The translations under genes and the position numbers were made by a program. Source: Bilabrum cf. latius (taxonomy: Eukaryota). Taken from it: a DNA stretch of 64,000 nt. Location of the stretch: assembly GCA_965178125.1 (NCBI GenBank), contig OZ237747.1, positions 310,001-374,000 on the forward strand. The letters are read 5' to 3'. The notes under the pieces are model-generated. The model worked only from the letters and a program-made list of their open reading frames with translations, had not been told where the DNA came from and made no database searches. Positions within the stretch are counted from its first letter, which is position 1. Every line of letters begins with the position of its first letter. Shown here in pieces: positions 1 through 13,923 of this stretch.

Positions 1-2600
1 GATGAGGAGGATGCGGATAGTGGTGACGAGGATGCATCGCGCTGTAGCTGCGATGCAGCTGCTCGAGTCACCGATTCGACGGCACATTGGGATGCGCAGT
101 GGAGCAGCAAGACACGCTCCACATCGCTCAGGCTCGCAGTGGCAGCCACCTCCTCGGCAATCTGTGCGCACCAAACCTGAGAATAGACCATTGGATCGCA
201 CTAAACAGTACCGCTAATGCTATCATATGCCTGCTGTGCCATTTCCCGAAGGACGCAGGGAATGGCTTGCAGAGACACTCCCGCATTGGCCTGGCCGACC
301 AAACTTGTGCGGTTCAGAGCCACGCCTGCGACGCTCCATGGCAGCAAGTCTCCTACTGATGCTGCAAAGTCGACACACTGCGCGGTTTGCATTTGATCTA
401 ATGCGAGAGCTGCATAACGGACAAACAGCTTCGGGCCGACCTAGCACAGACTTCGATTCAACTTGCTGCCCCCCTGTTTCTGGCTCATCTCCAAAACGTT
501 GCTTCCTAGCAAGGAACCAAACGACACTGCAACTAGACTCACTGCAAGGCTCGCAATGTCATTGTCGTGGGAGTGCTCACTTGGGACTAGGTCCAGCGCC
601 AGGACTTCTCGAGCGGAAGCGGAAATCGCGCCTCGATCCGCGCTTGTGGCGTCAGGCCTCCTTGCGAGCACTTGCGCCAGAATCATCCATGATAGCCTAG
701 CTAGTAGTGCGCGCCGATGCGGCAATCCGTCATAGGCGGCTGTTGCGCCAAGGCAGACACGTCGGCACAGGCTGACCAGTCCTTGCCCAGTCTCCTAGAG
801 GTGGCCATGCAGGGCCACGTCGACGACAGTCTGCACCATGGAACGACCCAATCGCGTGCAAAGCAGCTCCATTCCGCTAGTAGAGTCTGCGTACACACAA
901 ATTTCTCCGGCAACTAGTTCTAGAGCTCGCACACCTCGTTCATTTGCCAGCATCTCGTTGGTCTGCTCCTGAATGAAGCCACTCACCGCAAGACAGCACG
1001 CGCTGACTACCGCGGCCCTCACCTCGTCTCGAGGGAGCTGGCTGCACATTCTGCCCCTCTGGTGGGCTACTACAGATGCTACGAGGGCGAGCTCGGGGAG
1101 AGATGTGGCTTCGAGCCCAAGAAAAAGCCCGAGTATTTCGCGCACCTGCTCGAACTGCTTCCAGGTGTGGCTCGAAGTGGATCGAAGCTCGCTCTGAAAC
1201 CGCCTCGACTGAACCAGTAGGGTCGCGCTTGCACTACTTGTCTCGAAATCACCCTTGCCTTGCAGCATGACTGCCTTGGGTCTCTGCTAAAGGATCGCAA
1301 GGAACATCAAGGCCGCCTCCCGCAGGTCGTCCACCTCTGTGGTTGACAGCCGCTCGGCAGACTTCAGGCATTTCAATGACAACCGCAAGATGTCCGTCAC
1401 GAGGAGGAGCTGTGATTGCGTCCAAAGAAGCCTTGGCAACGCCAAGCATCCCATTAGATGCTTGAGGGAGCCAGCAGCAATGCGAGACATGGTGGAGCTC
1501 CACACTGCACCAGTTGCTCTGTCATCGTGCTCACCTAGGGACACCAGCATGACTCGAAGCAGCTTTCTCCCCCGTACCATCGATTGCCGAACAACGGTCT
1601 CTTTGTCGTGAATGGGCTAAAGATCATGCGCTGTTTGTGCAGCAGCACCCTGCCGTGAGCTGCTGGTGAACGCTAGCCCAATGCTGGCTGCCTGTAGCGA
1701 CATTCCCACGTCCTTTACAGCCCTAGCACAGCCTTGGCTAGGACTTCTTGCGAAGTGCTCTATCAGTAAATGTAGTATTTGCTCATTGTCGTGGTCGAGC
1801 CGATTGGCACACGCCCTCCCGCGCCATGGGTGCCAGCCCAATGCAGTGCTGTCGTCCACACTGAGACTCCCAGGCGCAGAAGCATCCCAGCGCTCCTGCA
1901 AGGGCCAGCTTGACTCTGCAGCCCCTCCAATTGATAAATGTAAAGCAGCCATTGCGGTTCTGGTCTTAAGTGCTTGGCTCGTGGTGTCCGTGACGGACTG
2001 TCCGCTACAGAGCTCCAGAATGATGGCCGGTGCCCGGCGGAGAAGCTCACCGACTGTCCTTCTACATGCAGAGTCCCGCGAGCACAGAGCATGCACAAGT
2101 TGGTTAATAAACTGCGCCGCACTAGTAGCTGTCGAAGAAGTGCTGGATTCCCACAACAAGTCTATCAATAGGCTGCACACCATAGAACGCGGTAGTGCTT
2201 GCCAGAACAGGACCTTTGCGCACGCAGCAGGTAGATCATGCGGCACTGTAGTTGAAGACGAAGAAGTAGAAACAGTTAGTACGGACAAGCCGATTAAGGC
2301 TGCCCATTCAGAGCTACTCGGCTCTGTGGTCCACATGGATTTGTCGAGCGGGTCTTCGAAGCTGCACGCAGCCAGTCCTTGCATGCAATGCGGGAGCAAT
2401 CTCTTTTTCGTACTCTCATCACATTTTGTGTGCACCAAGCAAAGCACTCGAAGCGCTTCAACCAGAGTCGTACGCTTGTCTCGTCGTAACTGAGCAACAG
2501 ACCGAGCAATATCTCTTTCTCGCACTTCGAGGTGCTGTCGCAAAGGAGGAAATGATGCCGCAGCAACACGCCACCGATTAGTTGCATCGAATGTGTCCAT
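1..2600 (-). CDS. Hypothetical helical protein, 3'-partial (runs off the window), read with TAG as sense
   Basis: Track ORFs 1617-2600, 1287-1580, 795-1268, 441-725 and 201-392 share one frame and each ends at TAG (1617, 1287, 795, 441, 201). The gaps I translated have no TAA/TGA and the frame appears open to the window edge. No family recognised. Confidence 0.7.
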
Positions 2601-2753
2601 TCTAATGTTGTTTTATTCGGTGCCCTGGCTAGAACGCCGCGAAATTAGAAATCGTGCTCGCTCCTTTCTGCGGTCGCAACCGGCGGCGCTGGTGGCGGCG
2701 GTCGCAAGCTTGATGCGAATAAATGCGAAACTGATAGGCTACTTGCCCTCGCC

Positions 2754-5700
2754 ATGTTCAACAAGGCGACTTCCTGTATCGATGGACACGCAGTATTCTC
2801 CCAACCGGCACCACTAATAGCGATTTGTGTCATCTTGCTCACTTGTCTCTGCGTGTCGGTGGCGTGCAGACAATCGAGGCGACTGTATAATCCAAGCTGC
2901 CCAGACGGCTCCATACAAGTTGGTTTTGTCGTTTTTGTTATAGGGGGGGTGACAATTTCACTAAGTCTATATATTGGCGCTACATGGGTACACCTGTTTG
3001 CCGGGGTTACGCTAGCATGTTGCGCTGTAGCAATATTGATGTCGGCTTGCTGTCACAAGTCTGCCTATTGCGGCCAATGGAGATCCGAGCTAACCTTTTT
3101 AACTGCGATGGCAGTCATTCCATCTGCCGCTTTGCTGCAGACCGGCATTGCGCAGGCAGTGTACGGTAGCAGTGCTCTTGAGGCTACTCGGGACTGCGGG
3201 CTGGCTGCCCTGTCAATCGCTGCGCTGGTTTGGGTCGGAACCCGCGCCTGCCATGACCATGTACGGGTAGATCGCATCCAGAATCTTCGATTGCTAGGAG
3301 CCGCACATGCCAGTAACGTGCCTCTCGCCACGCAGCCTTGCAGCGGCCTGGAGGGGGACGCTGCTTCCCGGCAGCACAGAGCGAGCGATTTGGACCTGGT
3401 TCTCCTCGCCGAAAAGCGCAATCAGCGAATGCCAACTGGTTCAGTGCGGCAGCAACTCCCATAGCATGCGGTCGTGCCTACGGACCGGGCGCGGGCCTCG
3501 ACCGCAACCGATGCAAGGGTAGGAGCCGATCCCCGCCTGTTGCGCACTGCAGACGACCAGGGAGTGGGGGGGGGGGCTCGCTCGGGCTCTGGCAGGGGTG
3601 CTTCCCCCGGTCGGGGCAGCTTGGGCGATGCCCTTGCCCTTGCCCACCCCAGCTTAGCGCTGGGTGGCAGCTTGGGTCCCCAGCGAGGGGGCAGGGGCTC
3701 CTTCGCCGAGCGACTGCAGCAATCCATGGCGGATGATGGGCTTGCGGTGGAGGGTTAGAGCACGGGCAATCCTGGTGGGGAGCCACCACTTGGTGCAGGA
3801 CGATTTGTCAATGGAGCAGGGGAGGCAAAGAGCAGCTTCCGTGGGGTGCACAGAGCAGATGGTGGCCGCAGGAGCACAACAAGGCCGCCCTCCAGACTCG
3901 CCCTGTCTGCTGCTGGGAGCCAGGCCGGCAGGTCGACAGTAGGTAGGTCGGCAGGGGGTTCGGGCAGCAGCAGCGCGGGGAACAGCGGCTTTGCCTTGGC
4001 AGGTTCGCGTGGCACCCCCCCGCCGATCGGCGTTACTGATAGCGGGTCGCGCAGCGCGGCTGCTGGCTCCCAGCACAGCCTCCGCCCAGCCGATCTGGAC
4101 CCCTGGTCTAGGCGCGGTGATGCAGCATCACCCATGGGAGGGCGGCCCACCGCTGGGTCCATCAACTCAACGGGCACCGGCACCACTGAAGGCGGTGGAC
4201 GCACCGGCACTGAAGCTGACCTCGGCTGGATGGACGGGTATTTAGACGGAGTCGTGGATGGGAGGCGTGCGCAAGACTCTGAGCATTCGTAGTCGAGCGA
4301 CTACCGGAGAGATTCAGCGAGCAGGAGGGATTCCCGCAGGAGTTTGTACAGCGCGGCAGGTGCCGACGCGGGAGAGGTGAATGTGGGCATGTACCGCAAG
4401 CCGCTGCTAGAGGACTACGACGGCGGGATGGGCTAGGGAGCGGGCGCCGAAGGTGGCTCAGTCTCCAGCGGTAGCACTGGCAGGGTGAGGACGGGGAGCG
4501 ATGCCAGCAGCGTGTGGCGGTGTGGAGGCCAGGCCGTGGAGTGGTACGACAGTGACATGTTCGAAGCTGGTCCGACGATGTCTGAAAGCGGTAGTGCTGC
4601 GGGCGAGTCGGGCGGCGCCATGTACAGGCCTCCGTCCCGTCTGCTTGTGCTGCCATCATCGGGTGCACAGCACCACTCAGTCGACATATCGACCCCCCCG
4701 CGGTAGAAAGGGAGGGGTGGCTAGCCTCAATCGAAGGAACTTTCCATGCAGAAACTAGCAGTCACAGGCTCTGGCGACCGGCGCAGCGCTGGCGCTCAAG
4801 GCAGGCTGAATAGGGCAGCCTCGTGGATCGATGCAAGTGCCAGCCCGCACAGCCCTCTGGTAGGATCCATGAGCCCTATTGCACCACCGGGAGACGGATT
4901 AGAAACGGGTCTGCATCAAGACGGTCTGAACGGCCCGATAGCAGAGAAGCAAATGAAAGGTAGCAGCGGGTGGCGACCTTGGGAGAGGTTCGCGCACGCC
5001 TCGACGATGGACTCGGCCGACTGGCTGTCCGTCCTGTCTTTTAGCTGGATGGACCCGCTGTTTTTCATCGGAGAGCAGATCCAGCTTGGACCTAGCGATT
5101 TGCACCACTTGCCGCGCGCGGATACCACCGGGCGCAGTGCAGAAGCGTGCCACACTGCGTTTAGATAGAGTCAGAATGTCGAGCAGCGTGGCCGCGATCA
5201 TCTGCTGGTAGCTAGTCGCGACTTGCTTGCCGGAACCAACATGGATTCGGACGATATGCACCCTTTGTTACTGCCCGCTGCATCCGACCCTGATTCGAAC
5301 TCGGGAGATCCAAGCGCTGTGCCCGAGGAGAAAAAGATCGCTAGCAAAAATGATCCGGCTGGTGACGGACAGCCGAGTAGGGGCGATTTGTCGCTGGTCT
5401 AGTACCTCTGGAGTGCCTTTGGGTGGTCATGGGTCGGGGTCGGCGCGCTGCAAATGGCAAACGTGGCCGTGTCCTTTGCAAACCCGCTTCTGCTGAAAGA
5501 GTTGCTGGCATGGCTCGCGCTGCCCGACCCTGAACCTTGGGAGGGCGTGGGATGGGCAGGCTGCATGGTTGCAGCAGCTATGCTCAGCATGGCGCTGGGC
5601 ACGCAGTTCTCGTTCCAGATCATGCGACTGCAAACCAGAGTGAGGGCGGGTCTGCTGGCGCAGGTATTCCGACGGGCGCTGCTGGTGCGTCCTGCGGATG

Positions 5701-8700
5701 TTGCGGCATTTTCCCCGGGCGAGGTCACAAACTACCTTTCAGTCGACGTGCAGAAAGTCATGGACGTAATGTCCTCCCTGCACCAGCTGTGGGCTGTGCC
5801 CGTGCAATTGGGCGTGACTCTGTACCTGCTGTACCTCCAGGTTCGGTGGGCCTTCTTTGCTGGCCTCGTGGTGGTGCTCGTCATGCTGCCGCTCAACATG
5901 GCAATCACGAGCTAGATTGGCATGCTGACGGAACGGATGATGCGCCACAGGGACGAGCGCGTGCGCCTGCAGAGCGAGATGATCCGCGGCGTGGGAGAGA
6001 TCAAGCTGGCTTCATGGGAGGTGCCTCTGCTCGTCAAAGTGCGAGAGGCCAGGGAAGCAGAGCTGGATGCACTGGCCAAGCGGAAATACCTGGATGCTAT
6101 GTGCGTTTACCTGTGGGCAGCCACCCCTGTCCTTGTGTCTCTGGCGACGTTTGCGACCGCGGTGCTCATCGACCCTTCCGCAGGTGATGCGGGCGCCGGC
6201 GGCAAGCACGCGAACGGTGCGCTGTCTGCTGCCACCGTGTTCTCTGCGATTGCTTTGCTAAACATGCTCGTGTTTCCCATGAATGCAGCTCCGTGGATCC
6301 TGGCCGGGTGCCTGGAGGCTGCAGTATCCATCCGTCGGCTGGGCCGGTTCCTGCTAGCCACCGAGGAGGGCTACGGTCTGGGTCCCTCGGCTCTTGCGAG
6401 CTCTCGGGGCCTGATGCCCTCCTCGCCGTCAAGGCAGCCGCCTGCTGCCGTCAGAGTGCAGGGTTCCTTTACCTGGCCCGCGATCGTGCGGCTGGCGCAG
6501 AGCCGAGGCCTTGCCGCCAGCAAGTCACGGGGTGGGACTTTGCCCATAGCAGGGCCGGGAGGCCGTGTCAGCGTGCTGCCCGTGTACGCGCCAACGGACT
6601 TCTTGCTGCGAGACATTCATCTGACTATTCCTAGAGGGGCTGTTGTGGTTGTTGTGGGCAAGGTGGGAAGTGGCAAGACAGCTTTGCTCAACTGCCTGCT
6701 TGGCGAAATGGCAGGAGTGGACACCAGCTCCTCGGACCGGCTCTCGAGCCCGCACCGAGCACCTCCCGGTGGCAGCAGCTCGGTGTCATGGTCCGATCGC
6801 ATCGCCCTTGGCGATGGCAAGCGGCCGCGCTGCGCTCTCGTCACGCAGACTCCATGGGTGAGGGAGGGCACCATCCGCGAGAACATCACGATGCTGCCGG
6901 CCAGCACGCCCAGGCAGCTGGACCACCTCGCCAAGGTGCTGCACGACGCCAGACTCAGCAACGACTCAGACGTCGAGGTGCCTGTTTTTGATGAGAAACG
7001 GTACCGGTACGCACTGTGGGCCTCTTGTCTGCAGGAGGACCTGGTTTACATGCCAAGGGGCGACAAGACTCACGTGGGATCGAGGGGAATCCGCCTGTCG
7101 GGCGGACAGAAAGCCCGGGTTGCGATCGCGAGGGCGCTGTACTCCCGAGCCCCTCTTCTCGTCATCGACGACGCCCTGCGCGCACTCGATGCGAATGTGG
7201 CAAGTCGCGTGCGAGAAAGGGCCTTTGCTGTCCGACAGCACCAGCAAGGCCTCAGTCCGTCGGAGGATGACCATCCTCTTGGCTTGAGTTCCGTGGAGGG
7301 CGGGCCGTCCATGGTGGCCCAGCTGGGCCGGACTGTGGTCCTTTCAACCAACGACTCGAGCTGCGTGACGTCAAGGTTCTGCTCCCGTGTGATTGCGCTG
7401 GATCGCGGAAGGATCATTTACGACGGAGAGCCGGATGAAATGCCTGGGGACGTTGTAGAGGCGGCTGGGCTGCTCAATCGTCGGGATGCGGGCCGTGTGG
7501 CTGGACAAGACCGATCTGCTAGTCCTGTGGACCTCACTGAGGCTGCAGGCAGCCCCTCCAGCGTGCGCGACATCGCCGCGAGCAGCGATTAGAAGAAAAC
7601 AGGCAAGGAAGAGCAATCGGATGCTTACGAGCAGCAGGAGGGCGCCGTCGAGGAAGAGAAACGTGAAGCTGGCACGGTCAAGATCGGGGTGCTTTTTACC
7701 TACTGCAGTGCAGTCGGCCACGTGATAGTTGTACTGACCCTGCTCTCGCTCGTCTGCATGCAGCTGAGTCGGAATGGCTCCGACTGGTGGCTCGCACAGT
7801 GGTCAGCAGCCGTGGAATATGATAGCAGCGCGAGCTCGACACGAGCACGGGCAAGTCACGCTGCAGCGCGTGAGCCTGGGCTTGATAGCGCTGGCCCGAA
7901 CGCAGGCCCCGGCACGTCCGCTCTCTAGAGAGACCTGTCCACGTGGCACTCCAAGGACTTCCTGATCGTGTTTGGCTCCATCGCTGCCTTCAACAGCGTC
8001 GCCACCATCGCGCGGGCGTTCTTGTTCGCGTATGGAGGCTTGGTAGGGGCGAGGTGGATGCACGAGCGGCTGGTGGCATCCGTGTTCGCGGCTCCCATGA
8101 GCTTCTTCTGGGGCACGCCGGCCGGGCGACTCACCAACCGCTTCAGTAGCGACTAGTATTCGACCGATGAGACGCTGCCGTTCGAGCTCAACATATTTTT
8201 GGCGCAATCGTTTGGGCTCGCCGGCACAGTCGCGGTGCTGGCATACTCCACCTCGGGCCTGTTCCTGGCTTCTCTTCCCGTGCTCCTGGCAGTGTACTTT
8301 GCGGTGCAGCGGAGGTACAGAGAGACATCGCGTGAGCTAAAGCGGTGCGACACCGTCACCCGCTCTCCTCTCTTTTCCCATTTCGAGGAGTGCGTCGCTG
8401 GGGAGGGCAGGCAAGTCCTGCGGGCTGAGGGTGGGCAGAGCCTCACGCGAGAGCTGGTCAAGTGCCTGGCTCTTCTAGAAGCGAACCAGCGCGCCACCTA
8501 TGCGTCTGGGGCAGCTGGTCAGTGGTTAGGGGTCAGACTTTAGAGCATTGGGATACTGGTGCTGGCGTTTGTTGCCTTCCTGTCAGTTGGCGGCCGACTG
8601 TACTCGATTGGAGTCGACGAGTGCAACGCTGCGAGCACTCAGTCCGCTGAGCAAGGTGATAAAGCCGATGAAACCGCAGCACAGGGCCTTTTAATTGACC

Positions 8701-9866
8701 CTTCAGCTGCTGCTGTTCTGGCATTCGCTTCACTGTCCCTTGCTGCTGTCTCTAGTAGCCCAGGGAGGCCCCGAGCAGGCGGGACTCTCGGCGGGCACAC
8801 GTCAGCCACCGGAGTGGGCACAGCCGGGCTGGCAGGCCTGGGGCTTTCGTACGCCCTGCCCATCGTTGGTTCGCTGCAGGGACTCATAGGCTCTTTCACT
8901 GAAACGGAAAAGGAGTTTGTATCGATCGAGAGGCAGTCCGAGTACGTCGATGTGGCCGAGGAGGACGAGATGCTCAAGCTCGCGGTCGTGAGTGCCAGCA
9001 CAAGCGGCAGTGGCGGGTTAGCGGCGAGCCATGTGCCAGGCGGCGGGACGGTCCTCCCTGGCATCGGAATCTGGCCTTCCAGAGGCGAGCTCGTGTTCCA
9101 GCAAGTGACTGCGAGGTACCCCGGAGCTAGTCTTCCCGCTGTGCGAGGCGTGTAGTTTAGGGTGGGTGCCGGGTAGAGGCTGGGAATCTGCGGCCGCACG
9201 GGCTCGGGCAAGTCTTCCCTGGTTCGTTGCCTAATGCGGATGATGAGCATCGATGGCGGGCAGGTGCTGGTGGACGGCGTAGATGTGCGGAGGGTTCCAG
9301 TGGCACTCGTGCGGCGCGCTGTCACGGTCGTTTCGCAGGATCCACTTCTGTTCAGTGGCACAGTTCGATTCAATCTCGACCCCACAGGCCAAGCATCGGA
9401 CGAGCAGCTGCACGCTGCGCTGCGAAGCGCTGGCCTGATGGGCGGATAGGACGGTGGTGTGCGCAGTGGTGCGGGCGGGGCTGTCAGCGATACTCACCGT
9501 GGCTCTGGGCGCAGCTGCCAGCTGTCTGACGCGGTTGAGGATGGGGGTAGCAACTGGAGTCAAGGGGAGAAGCAGCTGCTTGCGCTTGCAAGGGCTCTCG
9601 TTTGGCGTCAGCAGACCAGGCTGGTGATCATCGACGAGGGGACCAGCAGCGTGGATGAGCAGGCAGACCGCGCGATCCAGCGCGTGCTGGCCTCGTAGCT
9701 TGGGCATGCGACGACGATCATGATCGCGCACCGGGTGTCCAGTCTCATGCATTGCAATGAGGTGCTCGTGATGGGTGGTGGTAGGGTGCTGGAAAGGGGT
9801 GCCCCCGCGGCACTTCTATAGGACGGGTCGTCCAATTTTGCTGGGCTTCTCCGTGACAGTCGATGA
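2754..9866 (+). CDS. ABCC/MRP-family ABC transporter (ABCC10/MRP7-like), about 2370 aa, intronless, 18 in-frame TAG by manual count
   Basis: One frame from ATG 2754 to TGA 9864-9866. It has N-terminal TM segments, an L0-like LSFSWMDPL, TMD1, NBD1 (GKVGSGKT, LSGGQKARVAIARALY), the EEKREAGTV linker, TMD2 (GRLTNRFSSD, TRSPLFSHFEE, WLGVRL) and NBD2 (GRTGSGKSS, SQGEKQLLALARAL, IIDEGTSSVD, IAHR). Confidence 0.92.
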
Positions 9867-9955
9867 TAACATATAAGTGCTTTTGAAGGTGTGGTAAATT
9901 ATTTAAAAGAAACTATTTTGTCGAGACTTACAGTGTTCAGCGATTGGATTTGGGG

Positions 9956-12900
9956 TCACCAAAAGCTCTCTTTCATCATGTCCCAAACGATTCTGGTCCT
10001 CTGCAGGCTAGCTGCGGCAGGACCGGAGGTACCTGTCCGCAAGGCCTGCGCCCGAACCAGCCTTCCGCAGCACATGTCAATGCAGCCCCAGCTATCAAGG
10101 TACCTGGCAAGGTCACCACCACCGCACACATCGGGCTGCAAGCCGTCCTCGATGCGACCCAGCGCGTTGGCTCTCTCGCATGCCTTGCTTGCTGCATGGG
10201 CAAGTTGCATCGGCCCGCACACGAAGACAGCGCACCGCAAGGCTCCGTCCATGAGCTAGAACCCTACCTACCGACGGTGCTGCGACTCCTACATCGCCTG
10301 TATGTGCCGCAGCTGTTGCTCAAGCACTTCGAACGTGGCTGGCACGTCAGGGCGCCTCTGCCTGAGGTCCACAACCCCCCGGCGACCGAACTCTGCCACA
10401 GACGAGATGCGATCCCTGGCTGGGGCGATCCCGCCCGTCACCCCTCCGATCATGGCGGCCAACGCATCATCCATTTTAGAGGTCGAGGCCGGCCCCAACT
10501 CCCGCATGCTGGCGTGTCTGCTCACCGATAACCGGCTGAAGGCCATGTCACCGCGACCGCCAGGCAATACAGACGCAGCCGCCCCGGCACTCGTGTCTGC
10601 AGGAGGCTCCGCCGTTGCCATGGCACCGTGCGCAGCCAGCAGCATGGTGCTGGCCCTATCCATGCGAGCCTGTCGCCCGCCACTCTCCTTGCGATTCGCG
10701 CCGACTGCACCGGCGGCAACGTCAGCTTCCCCAACCCTGCGAGACCGCGCCCGAGGGCAGCTGCCGGCACCCTCTTGCTCAAGCCCGGCGCTCGGGGTGA
10801 CTGCTTCTAGGTCAGCGTCGAGCGCGCGGTGGAACGTGATGCTCGCAGGCACGTCCTTTTCCCTCGTCACGTGCACCACGACCTTGATCCGGTGCTGCAG
10901 GATCGGATCCAGCACAACCGAACGCACTGCGCCGAGGCCCCAGGAGCAAGCAGCCACCGTGGGCACTGTCCAAACCAGTAGGACAGCGCTTGGGAATGGT
11001 AACTCGTCTGAGAACGGGTCCAGCGCCAGCTGCGGTCGCTCCTTGCGGAGCACCGCGCTCAGCGCTGCCCACTGCCGCAGCAACGCCATCAGAGGCGTGG
11101 CGCCGACCCCCGCGGCAAGCAGCAGTACCCCGCCCTGAAAATAGCGGGGGGCAGCTGCCAGGCCCGTAGCCGTGGGGAAGGGCCCGTCGATATTGACCCT
11201 TGGAAGACGAATTGGACCAGCCTCATCAAAGCTCTCGTTGGACCCAGGCTATAGCTGGTTGCGACGGGAAGGCGACCGCCCGCCCGCTTGCTATTGCTCT
11301 TCATCTCTGGCCAGAGCCGCCAAGTCGTCCGCGGTGACAATCTTCCTGATGGAGCGGAGCGACTTGCTGCGCAGGGTGAACAGTTTCCTGCGCTCCACGC
11401 CCGTTAGCGAGGGCGAGGCAGCCACCGGTGCGGCCTCAGCGGGGGCGGCATCGGTCGGTTCCGTGTCCGAGTCCGTTTCGGGCGCAGGTACGTTGAGATC
11501 AACGTCGATCAGGTCCTTTGATTCAACCCCGCGCCGACTATGTGACGCAGCGCCGCGCGGGCCTTTCCTTCTGCCAGAGGGCGCGGTGTCGACGACCAAA
11601 TCAATGTGCTCCTCATCATCGCGCACCCGAATCACATCCTCAGAGCTCCAAGCGTCCGCTTCCGACTCCTCGCTGTCACTCAATGCTGCCGTGCGCGGCG
11701 GGATCGCTCCAACCGGCGGTCTCTTTGATGCGGGTTGGCCCCTGCGTGCATCTGCTGCACCCGCCTGCATCTTTGGCGGTTTCGCGCCGGGAGGAAGGCG
11801 TAGAGGGCGCATCGCACTGCGCTGCACGTCCATCTCCAACGGACAAGCATCCAATCCGTTGTTTGTCGGTGTCACGACAGAACGGCCCACTTCTACGCGT
11901 TGCGACGCCGACTACTGCGGGAGCTATTGCAGCGGGTTCGTCGTAGTCTCACCCACAGAGGAGGCTATAGATGGCTGTTCATCCCTGGCAGTCGCAACCT
12001 CACCTACGGGTTCTTGCGCCGAGGACGCTGCCGACGAATCGTCGCGCCCCTTATCAGCTGTGCGCCTCAGCGGGTTTAGGGTTCTTTGGAGCGGGTTCTG
12101 CATCACGCGGTCGTCGCCGCTGCCGCCGCTGCTGCTGCTACTGCTGGACGTCTTGGTGCCAACCTGGGACTATCTTTGGCTATGAGATGACGTAGATGCC
12201 AGACCTGCGCTACTATGAGACGCGTGGGCAGGGCTTGTGTCGTTCCCCTCATCCGCAGCACAGCAGCCACAGCACAACCCGACGCGGAGCAGAGACCACC
12301 ATGACTGTTCCACGTGCACCTTCTTGTCATCAATAGCCCCGCCGTGTTCGGCCCCTGCTGCATCAGCATCATCCGCCCATCTGCTGTCGGCCACATCTGT
12401 GTAAAGTCTCTTAGTCCAGTCACCGAGCGGGCGCGCGAAGAGCACCAGCGTCCGCACTCCGTTTCGTTGCCTCGCTTCGTCGCTGCGGGCGGCCTCTGCA
12501 ATGCACCAGCAGCACAGCCAGGCGGCCATTTCCTGTCCCACAAAGCTGCAAGCATCCGCACGGTCGCTCTTCAGCCCATCCGGGGATGTCAGGGATGCCA
12601 CTGAGAAGGCGTGCCACTCGGCACCCGACAGACTTGCTATCCTAAGGTTTACCCAATCCCCAGCACGTGCCCGAAACCAGTTCGGGACCTCAACTTCGAG
12701 TCGGCAAACGCGAGACTCGTCTACCACGCACGTCTGCAGGCGAAAGGTGACGCTACCTCTCCAGATCCACCGCCTCGCGATCGGGACGGCAGCCAGCACG
12801 GCGGCAGGCAGCAGCCACGCAGGCGCGCGCCAGGCGTCGAGCCATGCAGCCGACCCGTGGGCGGACAGCGCCACAACGAATGCCACGAACGCAATCTGGT

Positions 12901-13744
12901 GGGAGATGGCAAAAAAACCGTGGCAGGCCTTCCTGCAGGGCTGCAGGGCTGGCAGCACCAGAAGGGCCAGTGCAGCGGTGCACACGTGACCTGTGAGGCC
13001 AGGCACGGTGCGAAGCAGCAGCGTGGCGAGAGACCAGGGGGAGGAAATAGAGCGTGCTTCCGCCCTTGAAGTGTTCGCTGGAAGCACGCCGAGGTCCCCA
13101 CCCCAACATACTGCGTGCACACCCTGCCCTCCGAGCAGCGGCGCGGCAGCAGCGGCTCCCGCGTTGTAGACCGCAGCGAAATTGGCGTAGTGAGCCAGCA
13201 CATGGAGTGCCACCAGGAACACAGTAAACCATGCCAAGTGACGATGGTGTTTGCGGTACTGCTCTACAGGCCAGGCGCTGGCTAAACGCCAAAGGGGCCA
13301 ACAAAAGGCCGACCAAACACAGGAGCTTGGGTCACTTGCACCGCGCAGGACACATGCAGACAGAGGCCATCGTGCCACCGCAAGGAGAAGCAACATGATT
13401 GGAAGACCCATTAAAGCAGCCGATACACGACTGACGACGAGGCCTATTCCAATGGCTTCCCGGGCAGTTCTGTAGCCAGGCCCCAAGTAGCGGTGCAATG
13501 CCCATATCAAAATGGACACCTCAACCGCAAAGAACCCTATGACTGCAGCATGCTTTCTACCAGCACCATTTCTTGGTTCACACGCGCAGCAAGTGTGCTC
13601 AAACTTGCAGAAAGGAGAACTCAGGCAAGACAAGCTTGCTTTCGTCGATACGAGACGAGTCTTTGCGGCTTCCCTGGTGTTCTAGTCGGAAATCTTCGCG
13701 CCACGGTCCACATGGAGAGTATGCTATGATAATGAACGGCGCAT
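9956..13744 (-). CDS. NADPH oxidase / ferric reductase (NOX-like, no EF-hands seen), about 1260 aa with large low-complexity insertions
   Basis: Track ORFs 12170-13633, 11924-12106, 11291-11890, 10289-11089 and 9956-10252 are in frame and joined through TAG. Motifs: heme His pairs (KHHRHLAW..LHVLAH; SHQ..SAHG), FAD motifs (EWHAFSV, GDWTKRLY), NADPH motifs (NIDGPF, AAGVGATP, VFVCGP) and C-terminal KESFW-TGA. The start is uncertain (in-frame ATG at 13744 or 13915). Confidence 0.88.
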
Positions 13745-13923
13745 TGACAGCTCGCAGCCAGAGCAAATCGATTTGCTCAGCGCAGAGCGGCCAATGTAGT
13801 TGCTGTTGACAGACCGATGATTGGTTCCGCTGCCAGTGGCGCAGCGGTGTGGTGCCCAAGTTGGTCGCGGGACGCAAGAACGGCCAATTACACTAGTCTA
13901 GTGAAATGCATACATCCGGGAGA

